DNA of 64,000 bases from Rhynchopus sp. YZ270_cl-10 (taxonomy: Eukaryota): positions 1,302,001 through 1,366,000 of the forward strand of contig OZ037837.1 in NCBI GenBank assembly GCA_964035575.1, written 5' to 3'. Shown piece after piece: positions 42,780 to 55,397 of this stretch. The translations under genes and the position numbers were made by a program. The notes below the pieces were generated by a model. The model was not told the origin of the DNA. It saw nothing but the letters and a program-made list of their open reading frames with translations, and made no database searches. Every line of letters starts with the position of its first letter. The stretch's first letter is position 1.

Positions 42780-44560
42780 ATGAAGCGTTCCTCCGTGACT
42801 GAGTCCCCCACCACAAAGAAGGCCCGGGTGGACGGCCCTGCACCCTCCCACCTCTCCGAAACACACAATGTGGTTGCCACGCAGCCCACCGCACCACAGA
42901 TGCCGAGCTGTGAGAACTGTGGCGAACCTGCACAGCTGCAGTGCGGGAACTGCACGGCGCTGTTCTTCTGCGACACACCTGCGTGCTTCGAAGCGTTACA
43001 CCCGAGGGCTCTCGACCGCGAGACACATCGCGGTTCTGTGACTGCGTACGGGACGTCGTCGAAGTGTGCACAGCACCCAGGACAAGAGCTGTGCGTCGTC
43101 TGTGAAGACCCTGCGTGTGGAGACGCGTTGATCTGCATGCGTTGTGCTTACTTCGGACACACGGGACACAAGACAGTTGACATCACGGACTACATGAAAC
43201 GCCAGCGTGACACCCTCTGCTCACACGTGGCAGACCTGACAACACAGCGGACTGCTGCAGAGGAGAAGTGCAGTGTGCTTGAGGCACTCCCACCCACGGA
43301 GGACAGGTACAAAGACCTTCTCCTTCAGACACGCGTCGGGCACCTCGTGATGCGTGAGGATGTGTCGCGCAGCGAAGTCGTGTGTGAGGAGGAGTTGGCA
43401 CGGAGCTTCCTCACACAGGCACTCAGTCGTGAAGGGGAGGTGTGTGCGCTGAAGACGTTTGTTGCGAAGGCAGGACACATGATTGCTGAGTGCGAAGCGG
43501 TGTGCCAGCTTGGGGACGACCAGGTGCTGCGTGCGGTCACAGAGTCGCAGGCCGTTGTGCGGAGCATCAACAGCATGGCAGCGAGTGGAGACCGCCACCG
43601 CCTTGTGGGTGCTGCAGGTCCACGTTTTCCCTGAAGCTGCCTGTTTCGAACGTGCACGACGCCCTTGCCCAGATGTCTGCGCTTTTTGTGCCTGTCCTTG
43701 TGCAGGGGTTGGATGGAGTGGAACACGAGATTGAGGTGAGTGTGGATGACACAGGCAGGGACTTGCGTCGGAAGGTGGCTTGTGCAGTGGGGTTGCGTGA
43801 AGGCTGCTTCGACATGACTTTCAGAGATGAAGTGATTGCAGAAGGAGAGGACGTGGTGCAGCTGAGGGGTCACAGGGTTGTTGTAACACAGACCAACACA
43901 CAGAGGAGGAAGCAGGATGCCATTGCAGCACTTCGTGCGTTGGGTGAGACAACAATTACATCACAAAGGTTGAAGCAGGTGACTGATCCGAAGGTGGCTT
44001 GCTTGCTCCTGCAGGCAGGAGTTGTGACTGCGATTCCAGAAGGCTTCTTCATGAGAACTGCAGTGACGTGTATTGATCTCAGTCATGCGTCTGCTGTGAC
44101 TGCGATTGGGCACGGATTTGTTCGTGACTGCACAGCTTTGACTAACGTTGATCTGAGTGGATTGCAAGCTGTCACCTCGATTGGTGACTCGTTCCTCTTC
44201 GGGTGCAAATCATTGTTGTCCGTTGATCTGAGTGGATTGCGACCAGTGACCTCGATTGGGAACTACTTCCTGCAGGGGTGCACATCATTGTCGACAGTTG
44301 ATCTTAGTGTATTCAAAGCTGTCACCACCATTGGGAACTGCTTCCTGTGGGGGTGCACATCATTGTCGACAGTCGATTTGAGTGGATTACAAACTGTCAC
44401 CTCGATTGGGAACCACTTCCTCGACAGGTGCACAGCGTTGAAGACCTTGCATGGAAAGGACAAGTGCAGCAGTGTTGTACGCAACAAGATCCCGACACTT
44501 GCGCCAGTGCCAAGTATGAGAGCGTTCAAATTCACACTTCCTCCAAGTCTAACACAGTGA
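42780..44560 (+). pseudogene. B-box/coiled-coil/Ubl/BspA-type LRR gene with a frameshift
   Basis: Near-identical to 57782-60004, but gacccacacaca is replaced by ggtcc at ~43617-43621 (net -7 nt), splitting it into ORFs 42780-43634 and 43490-44560; 6 LRR units including caps. Confidence 0.82.
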
Positions 44561-44942
44561 CACTTTGCTTCGTTGAGGTTTATTGTACCAACATTTTATG
44601 GATGAGAGGAGCGGGGGGTGGGGGAGGGGTGTTTGTGTGTGTGTCTAGTTGTAGGATCAAGAAAGGGAAGTCACGCCAGTCCCGCGCTCTGGGGATGGTG
44701 TGCTGTGTGTACCCCATGTGTGTCTGTGATTTAACGTAAAAGGTACGTGCTACTTGGCACAACATGCTATGCTTCGTCTCAACTTCTCTCACCACTAGTT
44801 GTTGTGTTCTTTTTTTCACCCCATTTCGTGCGATGTGAAGTTCGTTGGAGTGTGTCAATGAGCCTCATCGTTGGGTGCAATGACGCGTGTGTATGCAACA
44901 TGCACGCCTTGAGGCTTTTTTTTTTTTTTTGTCGAAAATATA

Positions 44943-45592
44943 CAGGGTATAAGCTTGGATTTTGGATTTTTTCCAGAATTAGGTTTTTTGAAATTTTTTT
45001 TTTGGTGGGGTTATAGACCAGCCCCGCCGCCAGGATTTTGGGTTTTGAAAAAGTTCTGTTGATGGTCCAAAAAAAAATTTTTGCGCTTCGCGCGAAAACC
45101 CCTGCAAAGCTCCTTCGTCGTGGCCTCCGGCGGAGAGATGCATGTTCCCCAAGCCCGGTCAGAGTTCCTCCGAATCAGCGACATTTGCTCTTTCCTCTCA
45201 CCATGCTGTACATTGTACTCTACGGTGGCCGTCCACAAGCCGTAGTGGGTGTCAGCCTTCTTATCAGTAAGCAGCGGTCATGGTACCCACAGATTCCTGG
45301 CGAAGCCACGGTACGCAACATTTTTAAAAAATGTTCCCATAAAATGGAACTGCGTTGGTGGGAGCTGCTTGCGCCGCAGGCGCACGGTACGCAACTTTTT
45401 TTTTTTCCAACACCCGATTTTGACTTTTTTGGGACGTTTGAGCACTCACCTCTCCATATCTTCTTCTCCTGAGATTTTTTGACAAGTAGAACGGGTCTGA
45501 ACCACTCAACAGAACTTTTTTTTTTTTTTTTTCCCGAAAAATTTCAGAATTAGGTTTTTGAACCTAATTCTGAGTACCAAGCTTATACCCTG
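44943..45592. mobile_element. hAT-type non-autonomous element (650 bp) with 8-bp TSD
   Basis: TIRs cagggtataagcttgg / ccaagcttataccctg; AAAATATA duplicated at 44935-44942 and 45593-45600. Confidence 0.9.
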
Positions 45593-48500
45593 AAAATATA
45601 ACAGGGGACATTGGTAGTTTGAGATTTTGAAAAAAAAGCCGGTGTGAGCCAAAAAAGCCGGTGTGAGGCAATTTTTTTTCCCCACGCATTTTTGGCAGAG
45701 ACCTCCACAACTCTTTCCCCTCCGCGCCCTTGTCTAACCATATGACATCAAAGCTTTTCTGGCGCACGGTACGCTACTTTTTTATGAGAGTTGCGAACAT
45801 CTATTTCTTTTGATTGAACGGACCGATTGGTCTTTATGGTGGGGTCACATGCACATAAGAAACCGCTACAGATGTGGTTGTAGCCTTGTATGAGGAGATA
45901 AAATTCAGAAAAAAAAACAAAAATCCGCCTTTTTCTTTTTTTTTTTTTTTTTCTCAAAATCCCCAGGGAAATAGCTTGGTTTTCCTCCAAAATCAGGAAT
46001 TATGCGAAAACGAATTTTTTTTTTCCGCCCGGTCGAAAGCGGGCGTTGCGCTTCGCGCAAGCCTCCCTGAGTGGAGAGGCGAAAGGTCAATTTGCGAGAT
46101 AACCAAAAACGGAATGTAATCCCTTATTACGGAGCTTGGTCTTGCACCTTACGTTCCACTAACCGTATGGAAAAAAATAAATGGCGCCGCAGGCGAAAAT
46201 AATAAAACCTACATTCTTGAACTCTTCTACACGACGTGATTTTCATTGGACGCATCCCCTTCTCCAATTCAATTCAACAAAACTGTAGCTTAGTCGTTCA
46301 ACATTGTGAGCAGCGTTTGGTGCAGAGATTTTTTTGTGGGGGGGTGGGGGGGGGGTAGGGAGCGCGGCGAGGCCCTTTTTTCTGTAACACTCAACAAAAA
46401 ATCATGAAAAAGTGTAAAAAAAATATCCGAAAACACAAAACCACCCCAGAAAACACATTTGTGGGACTATTTCTTACTTTTTGATGCCTTTTGGCACTTT
46501 CCTCCCCGATTTTTTGACACTTTTTGACACGTTTTCACCCTATTTCCCCCTTCTCTGAGGGTATTTGATAACAGGGCGATTTATAGAAAAATTCAAAAAT
46601 TTAAAATAGTCCAAAACAAGAGGAAAAGTGGTTTTTTCCAGTCAGATGTGTGCACAGAGTGATTTCCGTGGGGTTTTGGGGCCAAAAGTCCAGTTTTTTC
46701 AATGTCTTCGCCGAAAATATTGAATTTTTTTTATACACAAAAACCACATTTTAGCCGGGAGGAGCAAACCATTACAAAACCATTACACACTTTCTATTTG
46801 GACCTCCGGGCACCAAAATCGACCAGAAAATGGTTGCAAATACGATTTTTCAACCCCCATAAGGTATCTAAGATCAACCCCGGGGGTATTGGTGCCTTCT
46901 ATGGACGTTTTGTGGGCGATTTTTGGGTTTTGGGGTGACGAAAAGGGCTCAAAAACGAGGTAAAAACTGCCCCCTTTTCTGTCTCATCCACTCAAATACA
47001 CGCTCGGGCCCCAATCTGGACGCCCAAAAGCTTCGAAACCTACATATTTCCACTGCCGGACCTCACCGGAGGGGATGTGGGGTGGTTTTCGGCACCTTAG
47101 AAGAAAAACTGTGCTCCCGGATCCAGTTTTTTGAAAGCATTACATTCCTGAAGGAAATCTTACTAAAATCTTACTATTTTCGAGGCCGTTTTTTCGAAAA
47201 AAAGTGATTTTTTCCCGAAAATAAACGCTCAGTTTTGGTTGTTTGGTGTTTCATTGGGCAGAATCGACGAATTTTAGGCCACTTTGGGACCAGGTAGACC
47301 CACCTTGGCGGGTTTTATGACTTTTTTTCAAAAAATTCTTGAAAAAACACGAGCGTTACAGAGGGTCCTTAAGGATTTCCTTAAGGGCTGTGCCCCCTAG
47401 GTGGGGGGGGGTTCGACCCCCCTTGGGGGGTTTTTCAGACGTGTCCAGGGGGGGTGGAGAAAAAAAAAATCCGGGGGCCGAAAAATTTCCAGGGGGGGTG
47501 GCCCGGCATGCACCCACACTCGCCATGGGGCCATATTCAGCCTCATGCCTCGTGAACAAAGTGACCCCGTGCAGCCAGAACGCGACTCAATTAGTCAAAC
47601 GCCGAAGGAAAAGGAAGCATGCAGCATGGCGAAAGACAAAAAGTAGCGTACCGTGCGCCTGCGGCGCAAGCTTGCAACCCACCCTTCCCGTGACATAGTT
47701 TGGCGGTAAAAATGTGTAATTTTAAGCGCAAATTTTTGAAATGTTGCGTACCGTGGCTTCGCCAGGAACCTATGGGTGCCATGACCGCCGTTTCTTTTGT
47801 AAATGTACTGAGGTTGATAATTCGTGTGCCCCGTCTGCCTGGTGTAAATATCAGGGAAGTGCCGAACTCCGCAGTTGGACAACCACGGAATTCTCACATT
47901 CCGCCGGAGGCCCCCAACTTGAGCTAAGGTGGGGACCCGGGCGCGCGAAGCGCGCCCGGGCTCGGCTGACAAATTTTCGACCCCCCTTGAGGCCTGAAAA
48001 ACCGGATTGAAAAATAAACTCTGGTTTGGTGATACAAAAAAAAAACAAGTAATTGCTATCGGAAAAAAAACGGGTGTGATGTGGAACTCCATCCTGTAGA
48101 AATAATCTACAACACGCCCAGCATTCTGCTCTTCTGCAGGTATGCTAACGCTCTTCGTAAGCTCCCAGACCAACTGGGACGCCAGCATCTGAAACGTTCA
48201 AGAAGGGGGGCTGTCCTCTTCGTCCAGCACCATCTGCTCGATAGCGTTGTTGGACGTCGGCTCAGCAGGCTCGGCGTGTTCCAGCTCGTTTTTGTCCACA
48301 GGCTCCCCACATTGTCGTCGTCGTTGGAGCAGTGCCGAAGGAACACAGAATGCACAGACTACAACACATCGATCACACCAGGCGCATCAGCACCTCCAGC
48401 AAATCGCCAGGATGCTACGGTGGTTTCGAAAATCGCGCGGAGTTTTCCACAGCACACCCGTTTTTCCTTAGCAATTACTTGTCCTTGTTGTTACTGTTGT

Positions 48501-50834
48501 TTTCAACCACCTTCCTTCAACCCTTGTAGGGATCAGTTGTAATTTTTTTCGCGAAAACATGAAATTATACATTTCAAGAGAACAAATTAAAAAGGGTCCT
48601 TATTTGCATTTTTGGGCTCCGCCCGTGCAGTGGTGGGGTCAATCTCGAAAATTGGACAATTTTTTGACTACTTAAATTTTGAGAAATATGAGCCCGGTTG
48701 CTTATACGTGGGGCCCATTTTCAGCTAAAATTTTCCTCAAAATCTGGTTTTGTAAAATTGACCCTTTACTCCCCCCCCACATCGATTTCAATACTATACC
48801 TTACTTCACCTACGGTTACCCTTACAGGGGGGTGAAGGAAGGTAAGTTGAAAAGTGTGACTGAGTGTGGGGATGCGTTCAAGAATTAAACTCTTCCCCCC
48901 AAACCCCCTTTTCGTCTTTGTTTTCTTTATCCAAACGGCAAGTGGATGCGTAATAATTTCTAGCATGACCAATTCGCAACATGTGTGTGTGTTGGGGTTG
49001 TAAAGTCGGCAGTGGTGATGTACAGTGTGTACAACTTTGTTTTTGTTGTTTCTAGTTTTGTACATTTACTTTCCACACAGAGGGGTTACGAAGAACTGCT
49101 GATTGCGAGCCGTACTCTGAACGAGAAGATGCGTCAGAAGACGTTGGCGATGAAGGTGTGTAACACGTGCTTTTCACATCTATTTTTATTTTATTTTTCT
49201 AGCATGACCCATTCACAACATGTGTGTTGGGGTTGCAAAGTAGGCACTGGTGATGCACAGCGTGACACAACTTTTGTTTTTTAATTTTCTTGTTTCTATT
49301 GTGTACCGTTACCTACCCAACCGGACCCAACACAGCCCATCTGGACCACCTGGGGTCAATTATACCCAATTATACCCAAGTATATTGTTATATACAGTAA
49401 GACAACAAACATCGGAGGGGTAAAAAGCCTCCTTAGAGTTCTGAAATTCCGAAATTCACCTTAGTTTTTACCCCACCTATATTTTTACCCCGCCGGTGTT
49501 TGTCGTCTTACTGTATTTATTTTACACACAGTTGCAGTTGCAGTTGCTGATGGAGGAGAACACGGAGACGAGCCAGAGTTCTGAAAGTGCTTCAAGCAGC
49601 TCAGGTTCAAGTTCCGTAGGCCATGGTTCCGAGAGTTCATTTCATTGATATTATTATGAAATAATTTCAAACTTCGCACACTTTGCTTTTACAATACCCC
49701 ACAACAAATGATTTCTTGTGCTTTTGCAGATTTCTTGGGCACCCAAACCACCTAGTTACACATTCGTGCCCAACTCATGCAAGCAATTGGCAACGTCAGG
49801 TCACATGCAACGATTGTTCCGCAGCAAGAAGCATTACCCTGTGATCGTACAGACCGCACGGGATTCTCCCTAATGTACCCATAACTAAATTTAATAAGAA
49901 AGTGAACAAATACAGCCTCTGTTCCCACAGAGCGAATTAACCCCCCTCGCCGTATCCCGACGAAAACGGTAATTAGGATCTGGTTAGCACAGCTAAAAAA
50001 AAGTAAACAAACCCGAAAAACCCAGTCTTCGAGAAGAAGAAAAAAGGACAAGGCCACGTAAGTATGTAAACGGAATGGGATACACTGGAACCCTACCGAT
50101 CGTAAGGTAAGGGAAACCAGCCCTGTAGTGTAAGTAGTCCCCCGCAGAGAACAGACTTTGTGGATTACAAAAGTCGAATTTCTTGCACTAGCTATGCTCC
50201 CTGGGTAAATGGCTATAGCATTGGTTGATGTGCCCTCTGTATTGTGTTAGTAGCGCTGTCTACTGCAGGCGACAACAACTGCACTTATCGGTGGATGTCT
50301 TGGCTCTGGGATTGATGAAGACCGCAGCTAGACGCGATATTCAATGGGAATTGCAGAAGCATGAGACTCATCAGGTCGTCGAACGTATTTGCGGGCCGGG
50401 TTCGCCCACCTTCTGAAAAGACTCTAATTATACTCTATTTAGAGTTCAGTACGTGTTTTTAAAGACTCTAATTATACCTAACTGTCGACCCTAATGATCT
50501 AATTAAAGCGTAATGTACAAATGAATCCTTCAAAATGATGTTCCCCACCTATTGTATCCCTTTTTTGCAATGTGTTTTTCATTGAAGACGTAGCATGTTG
50601 TATCGGAAACGATTCGTATTCTTGCACAAAATGGTTTTGATGCATAAATCTTGTAAAATGCTCGCATGTGGTCTGCACGATTCCTGCATGTGAGATTGCA
50701 TGTGGGCATGATGCTCAAGTGATTGACGTGTGTGAATCATTTCCGATGTCTGCAGCTTACACCCCTCATCAATAAGTCACACCCAACCCCTTCCAGACAC
50801 CCCTGCACCCTCCCACCTCTTCAAAACACACAAC

Positions 50835-51104
50835 ATGTCTGGCATGCAGCCCACCGCACCACAGATGCCGAGCTGTGAGAACTGTGGCGTGCCTGCACAA
50901 CTGCAGTGCGGGAACTGCACGGATCTGTTCCTCTGCGACACACCTGCGTGCTACGACGCTTGCCATGCAAGGCCACGTGACCGTGAGACACATCGCGCTT
51001 CTGTGACTGCGTACGGGACGTCGTCGAAGTGTGCACAGCACCCAGGCCAAGAACTGTGCGTCGTCTGTGAAGACCCTGCGTGTGGAGACGCGGTGTTCTT
51101 CTGA
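50835..51104 (+). pseudogene. Truncated B-box gene copy (B-box1 + half of B-box2) fused to unrelated sequence
   Basis: Matches the 4473/57782 family up to CEDPACGDA (~51091), then diverges and stops; upstream 50640-50835 matches 57588-57782. Confidence 0.8.
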
Positions 51105-53329
51105 TGTATGGAGAGATGCGTACAAAAGTGTGTCACAAAACGGTTCTCAGTATTGATCTTCCGAAGCGTGCAAAGGCAGGCTCCTGCAGCATCACGCTGC
51201 GGTGCAGATGCTGCAACGACTGGAGGTGCCACTCCGCAGTGCTTCTTCTCCTGCAGGCAGTGTTCCATCTGCCGTGACACGACGTTCTTGCTTGAGACTC
51301 AGAGATGAGACCCTGCAGTGGAGTGCAAGCGTTGTCGTTGTGTGAAGTGAAGAGGTGTACGTGGAGGGGTGGGTGGGGAAGCGTAACAGTGCAATGAATC
51401 CTTTGAAATGATGTTCCCGACCTATTGTATCCCTTTTTGCAATGTGTTTTTCTAGGCCGATAAAGAGAGAAACGAAGTCAGAAAAAGAATTTAGTGGTAG
51501 AGTGTAGGGACAAAATCAAAATGTTTTCTCTGGATAAGTTGTGTCGTGTTTACATCGCTCACACCAAAAATTCGGGCACACCCAGATATGTTTTCATTTC
51601 CTCCCCTACAACCTTTGCAAGGCAGTTATTAGGGGAGCCTATACCGGTAATTTAGGCTCCTTTTGATTTTAAATTAAAATTTCTAAGTCTTTTTTGACCG
51701 ACGACCCCGGCAATGCATTTTTTGGGACTCTGTGGACTCAAATGAGCAAAAATTTAAACAAAATGCTGCCCGTTGGCACATTTAAACGCACATTTTGTTG
51801 AAAATTGTCATTTTACACTGGATTTGCCTTTGCCATTTTCAGTTTTTTTGCAGATTTTTTTGAACAAGATAAAACAATAAGCTCGCGTTTCTTTTATCGA
51901 ACAGATTTTATTCTCCGCCCCGTACCCAAAACGTAAACACCACTTTGAATCAGAAAAAATATTTTCCTCTCCTTTTTTCTTCCACACGCGCTGGTTTTTG
52001 TATTTCGCTAATTTTTATCAAAAAGCTTTCTTTATATGATACAACTGCGGACGTATGGCGTACGATGGCGTCTGCAGCAGCGCTGTGCGAAGACGGCTTT
52101 GACATGAGCTACCCCTTGAGGGAAGGTGATGCCCGAAGGTGCGGACTCACGCGGTTGAGCACTGGTGACACAACCGTCCTGGCCTAGACGCTGAACCTGC
52201 AGGAGCGATCCCGTGCACAGGCTGCGATCTGTGTGTCCACCACGACGCTTCGGGTTGGCGACAAACGACGCTGGGAGGCCATCTGCGGAAGAAGCAGAAC
52301 GACGTGCCTCCACAATCTTGTGTCACTCACACGCACGTTGGACGGCAGGTACCAGCAGAGCGTTTGAGCAGGACACCGTAGCACCCGCCGACAGCAACGA
52401 CCGCGCAAGAGTGGGCAGTGGTTGCCAGTGGTGTAGCGGGAGTTTTTCGTACACTCCGGTGACGGGAACGAAGGACGTATGCTGCAGGTGCTAGGCGCCA
52501 GCTTCCAGACGTGGAGGCTGTGTCGGACGGAACCTACACGACACTAGTGCCCGTTGCTTGCGTAGTTTTCCCTGCAATGTGACGACGACGAGCCCACTGA
52601 GCCTGTATGACGTTTACGGATGTACCTGGGATCCGGATCGGCTTCCCTGCTGAGGAGGCGTTGTTTTTTATGGGACGCTGTTCACGCTCCGTTGCGATGA
52701 CGCGGAACATGGAGCTGCAGGATTGCGGTGTGTGGGCGATTGAGCGCACGTGGAAGAACCAGAGGTACTACATCCTAGTCTGCATGGCTGTGGAAGTGAC
52801 GTTGATGTGTAGCGCCGCCCTGAAGGAATAGAGGGTGATCCGTATCACCAGTATTGTCCCCATCCGCAAGGCTGCCCCACTTTCAAGATCGCGCAGAAGA
52901 CCGATTGGCTCGCCTTCTGATCGATGCGAGGGAATACGACATAGGGGTACCACGCTCAGATGCTACCCCCTATACGACAAGAGTCTAAACCGGTTCTCCC
53001 TCACACCACAACTGCACGACATCGAGCGCTCACCCACAACCGTCTCTGTTGCGTAGATTCTCTAGGGGATGTCGGGGCCGCGATGCCTTAGTATGCCTTT
53101 GCGAAGTGATCCATCAGTCTCCGCACAGGAAAAGGCAGTGAAGATCCTTTGTGGTACGTGACTCCGCCGCGGAGTTGTCGTGGGAAGCCACCAGGCCGTA
53201 ATCTCGCGGGGCAACAGAGTCAGCTGCAGCCATGGCGATGAGGGCAGTTGAACAGCTCCTTAATGCGAATTGACGGGTACGCGCGTCGGCAGGAGAGTTT
53301 CCTACGAATCTGAAGAACTTTCCGACGAA

Positions 53330-53720
53330 TACCCACCGCATCCCCGAGAACATTGCCTTTGTTGGGACAGTGAACCCGTCGAAGAAGGACTCCTCGCTTG
53401 AGGGGGTTGCGGACATGGCGGCCGGGGAGAAGACAAACTCGGGTGCTGCAGCGGCCCTCGGGTTTTGACGTGACGCCGATGCCGCCGTCGCTGATCACCA
53501 CGTGGTGCCGTGGAAGCATCTGGCGGAGGGGCAGCGCGACATGTTCGTGATGCGTCTGATCTAGCAGTCGCGCAACCTTCCGCCCGAACCAGATTGTGGC
53601 GCTGTCGAAGCTGCTGCTGGATGCGCACAAGTTTGCGCAGATCAAGATGCAGGAGAAGCGTTCGACGAGGGTACGGTGTCGTCAGCGTTCCAGTTCACAC
53701 GCGTCTTCACCTTCATTGTC
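53330..53720 (+). pseudogene. Decayed AAA+ module fragment resembling RNF213/mysterin-type ATPases
   Basis: Stitched across frameshifts: RIPENIAFVGTVNPSKK..FDVTPMPPSLI..HVVPWKHLAEGQRDMFVMRLI..LSKLLLDAHKFAQ..FTRVFTFI. Recognised by eye only. Confidence 0.35.
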
Positions 53721-55397
53721 ATAGGGCCCAACAAGACAAAGGAGGCACCGTCGCTGGCGCTCGACCAGATATGGCAGACAGGCGCCTCCATCAACACACA
53801 TCGAGGCCCTCACCTCCGCACGGCGAAAGTCCTTTAGTAGGAGTAGCGTCGAATAGGGTCATAGTCCTGTCCCAGTCTACGGCTCTAGCGCAGTGGCAGC
53901 TAATCTGATGAGAGGGGCGGCAATCAGAGCGAATCCGGCAATTGGCATGCGCATGACCAAGTGTGTCCATCCGTAACACCCGATGTGGTGGGCTACCGCT
54001 CTGCATGTGAGGACCCGGGGGAACGGCGACACGAGCAGCTTACGCCTCCAGTTCTCGTCTGGCACACGGTCTTCGCCGTCATGTCCAGCTGAATGCCAAT
54101 GAACACAAGCAGCTGATCACTGCGTGCACGTGTACTTGTGTTTTTTAATCCTCTTGTTTCTTCATCCAAAGGTCACATCATGAGCAGTGCGGCTCGGAAG
54201 GTGGCCAAGCTGCGAGGGGACCCAGCCGAGCTGCTGTACACCCTCCCCTAGTACATGTTCCCCGTCGTCCGCTACTGGAAGCAACGCGGAGTGGCGTTCA
54301 GTATGTCAGACGTTCACAGCCTGGGACGGGAAACCTCTCTGTACTTCCCGGAGGTTCGCGACCACTCCTGGAAGCGAGTATCCCTGCAGCACTTGGCGTT
54401 GATGGGTGCGGCGTGGGGGACATGCTGGTTGTGTAACGCCACAAGGAGGTCGACACCCTCCGTACCTCTGGATAGTAATCGGGAGTCAGGAGCTACGCGT
54501 GGTCCCTGGAGTCGCACCCCTTGGTTGAGGTGGGATTCACGATATCACGGCGGATGTGGCAACACGTTGTGCGATTACTGCCCAGGAGACTGACGCGACG
54601 TGGCAGGGTTGCGACCTGCGTGACCACTGTGAGTGCCGTCCTCCGCAAACACAAGCGAGAGCTGGGTGTCAGGTCTCCTCCTCCCACCTACAGGGGTGGA
54701 CCCGCTGGTGGTTAGGTTGTTGTCAGGCATCAGGTCTTCGGAGAAGGTCTTGGTCGGGATGAAGGATGCGTCCAATAGTAGAAGAGTTCAAGAATGTAGG
54801 TTATATTATTTGTGCCTCTATGTACGGCACTCTGGGTTTGGTGTGAACGCCCAGGTGTCAGCTCAGGTTATCGTTTCTTGTTATTTCTGTGTCAAAGAAA
54901 ACCGACGCTGGAGTCTTTTATTGTAAACTGGTCGCGATAGTTTTCGCGAACTTTCCTGCAGTCAACGCAGGGAAAGAACAATCAACGATGTGATACAGGA
55001 TATGGGTGGTTCAGTGATTCCGCAGAACCTACACCATTGATGTGTCTCAACCAAAACCAAATCAATTAAAAAAGAGAGAGTTTTTGACGTAAGGAAAGAA
55101 AACTGTTTTTTCTCTTTAATGTAATCGGCGGCTCGTCCACCCCTTCCCTACTGCGGCAACGCTGTGGTCCCTTGTGCGGCAGGGATGGGTTGAAAAGGGG
55201 AGGGGGGGAGTTGTTTCTATTCCCTTGTTTCGAGTGCGAAACGTTTCTCCATGTATTGCACGGGAAACAATATGACAAACAGGTGCAGGGTGGTTCCGTG
55301 CTTATCATAGAACCTGGCACCTTGTGTGTCTCCCAAAAACCAAAAAAGCGTTGTGTGTGTAGTTTTGAAGGAAGGAAAAATAAAATCAAAAAAAAAA

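Noticed and set aside
45600..48850. A single large transposon spanning this AT-rich region
   Set aside because: It contains inverted fragments related to the hAT element (e.g. ~47640-47790), but I could not define paired termini or a TSD.
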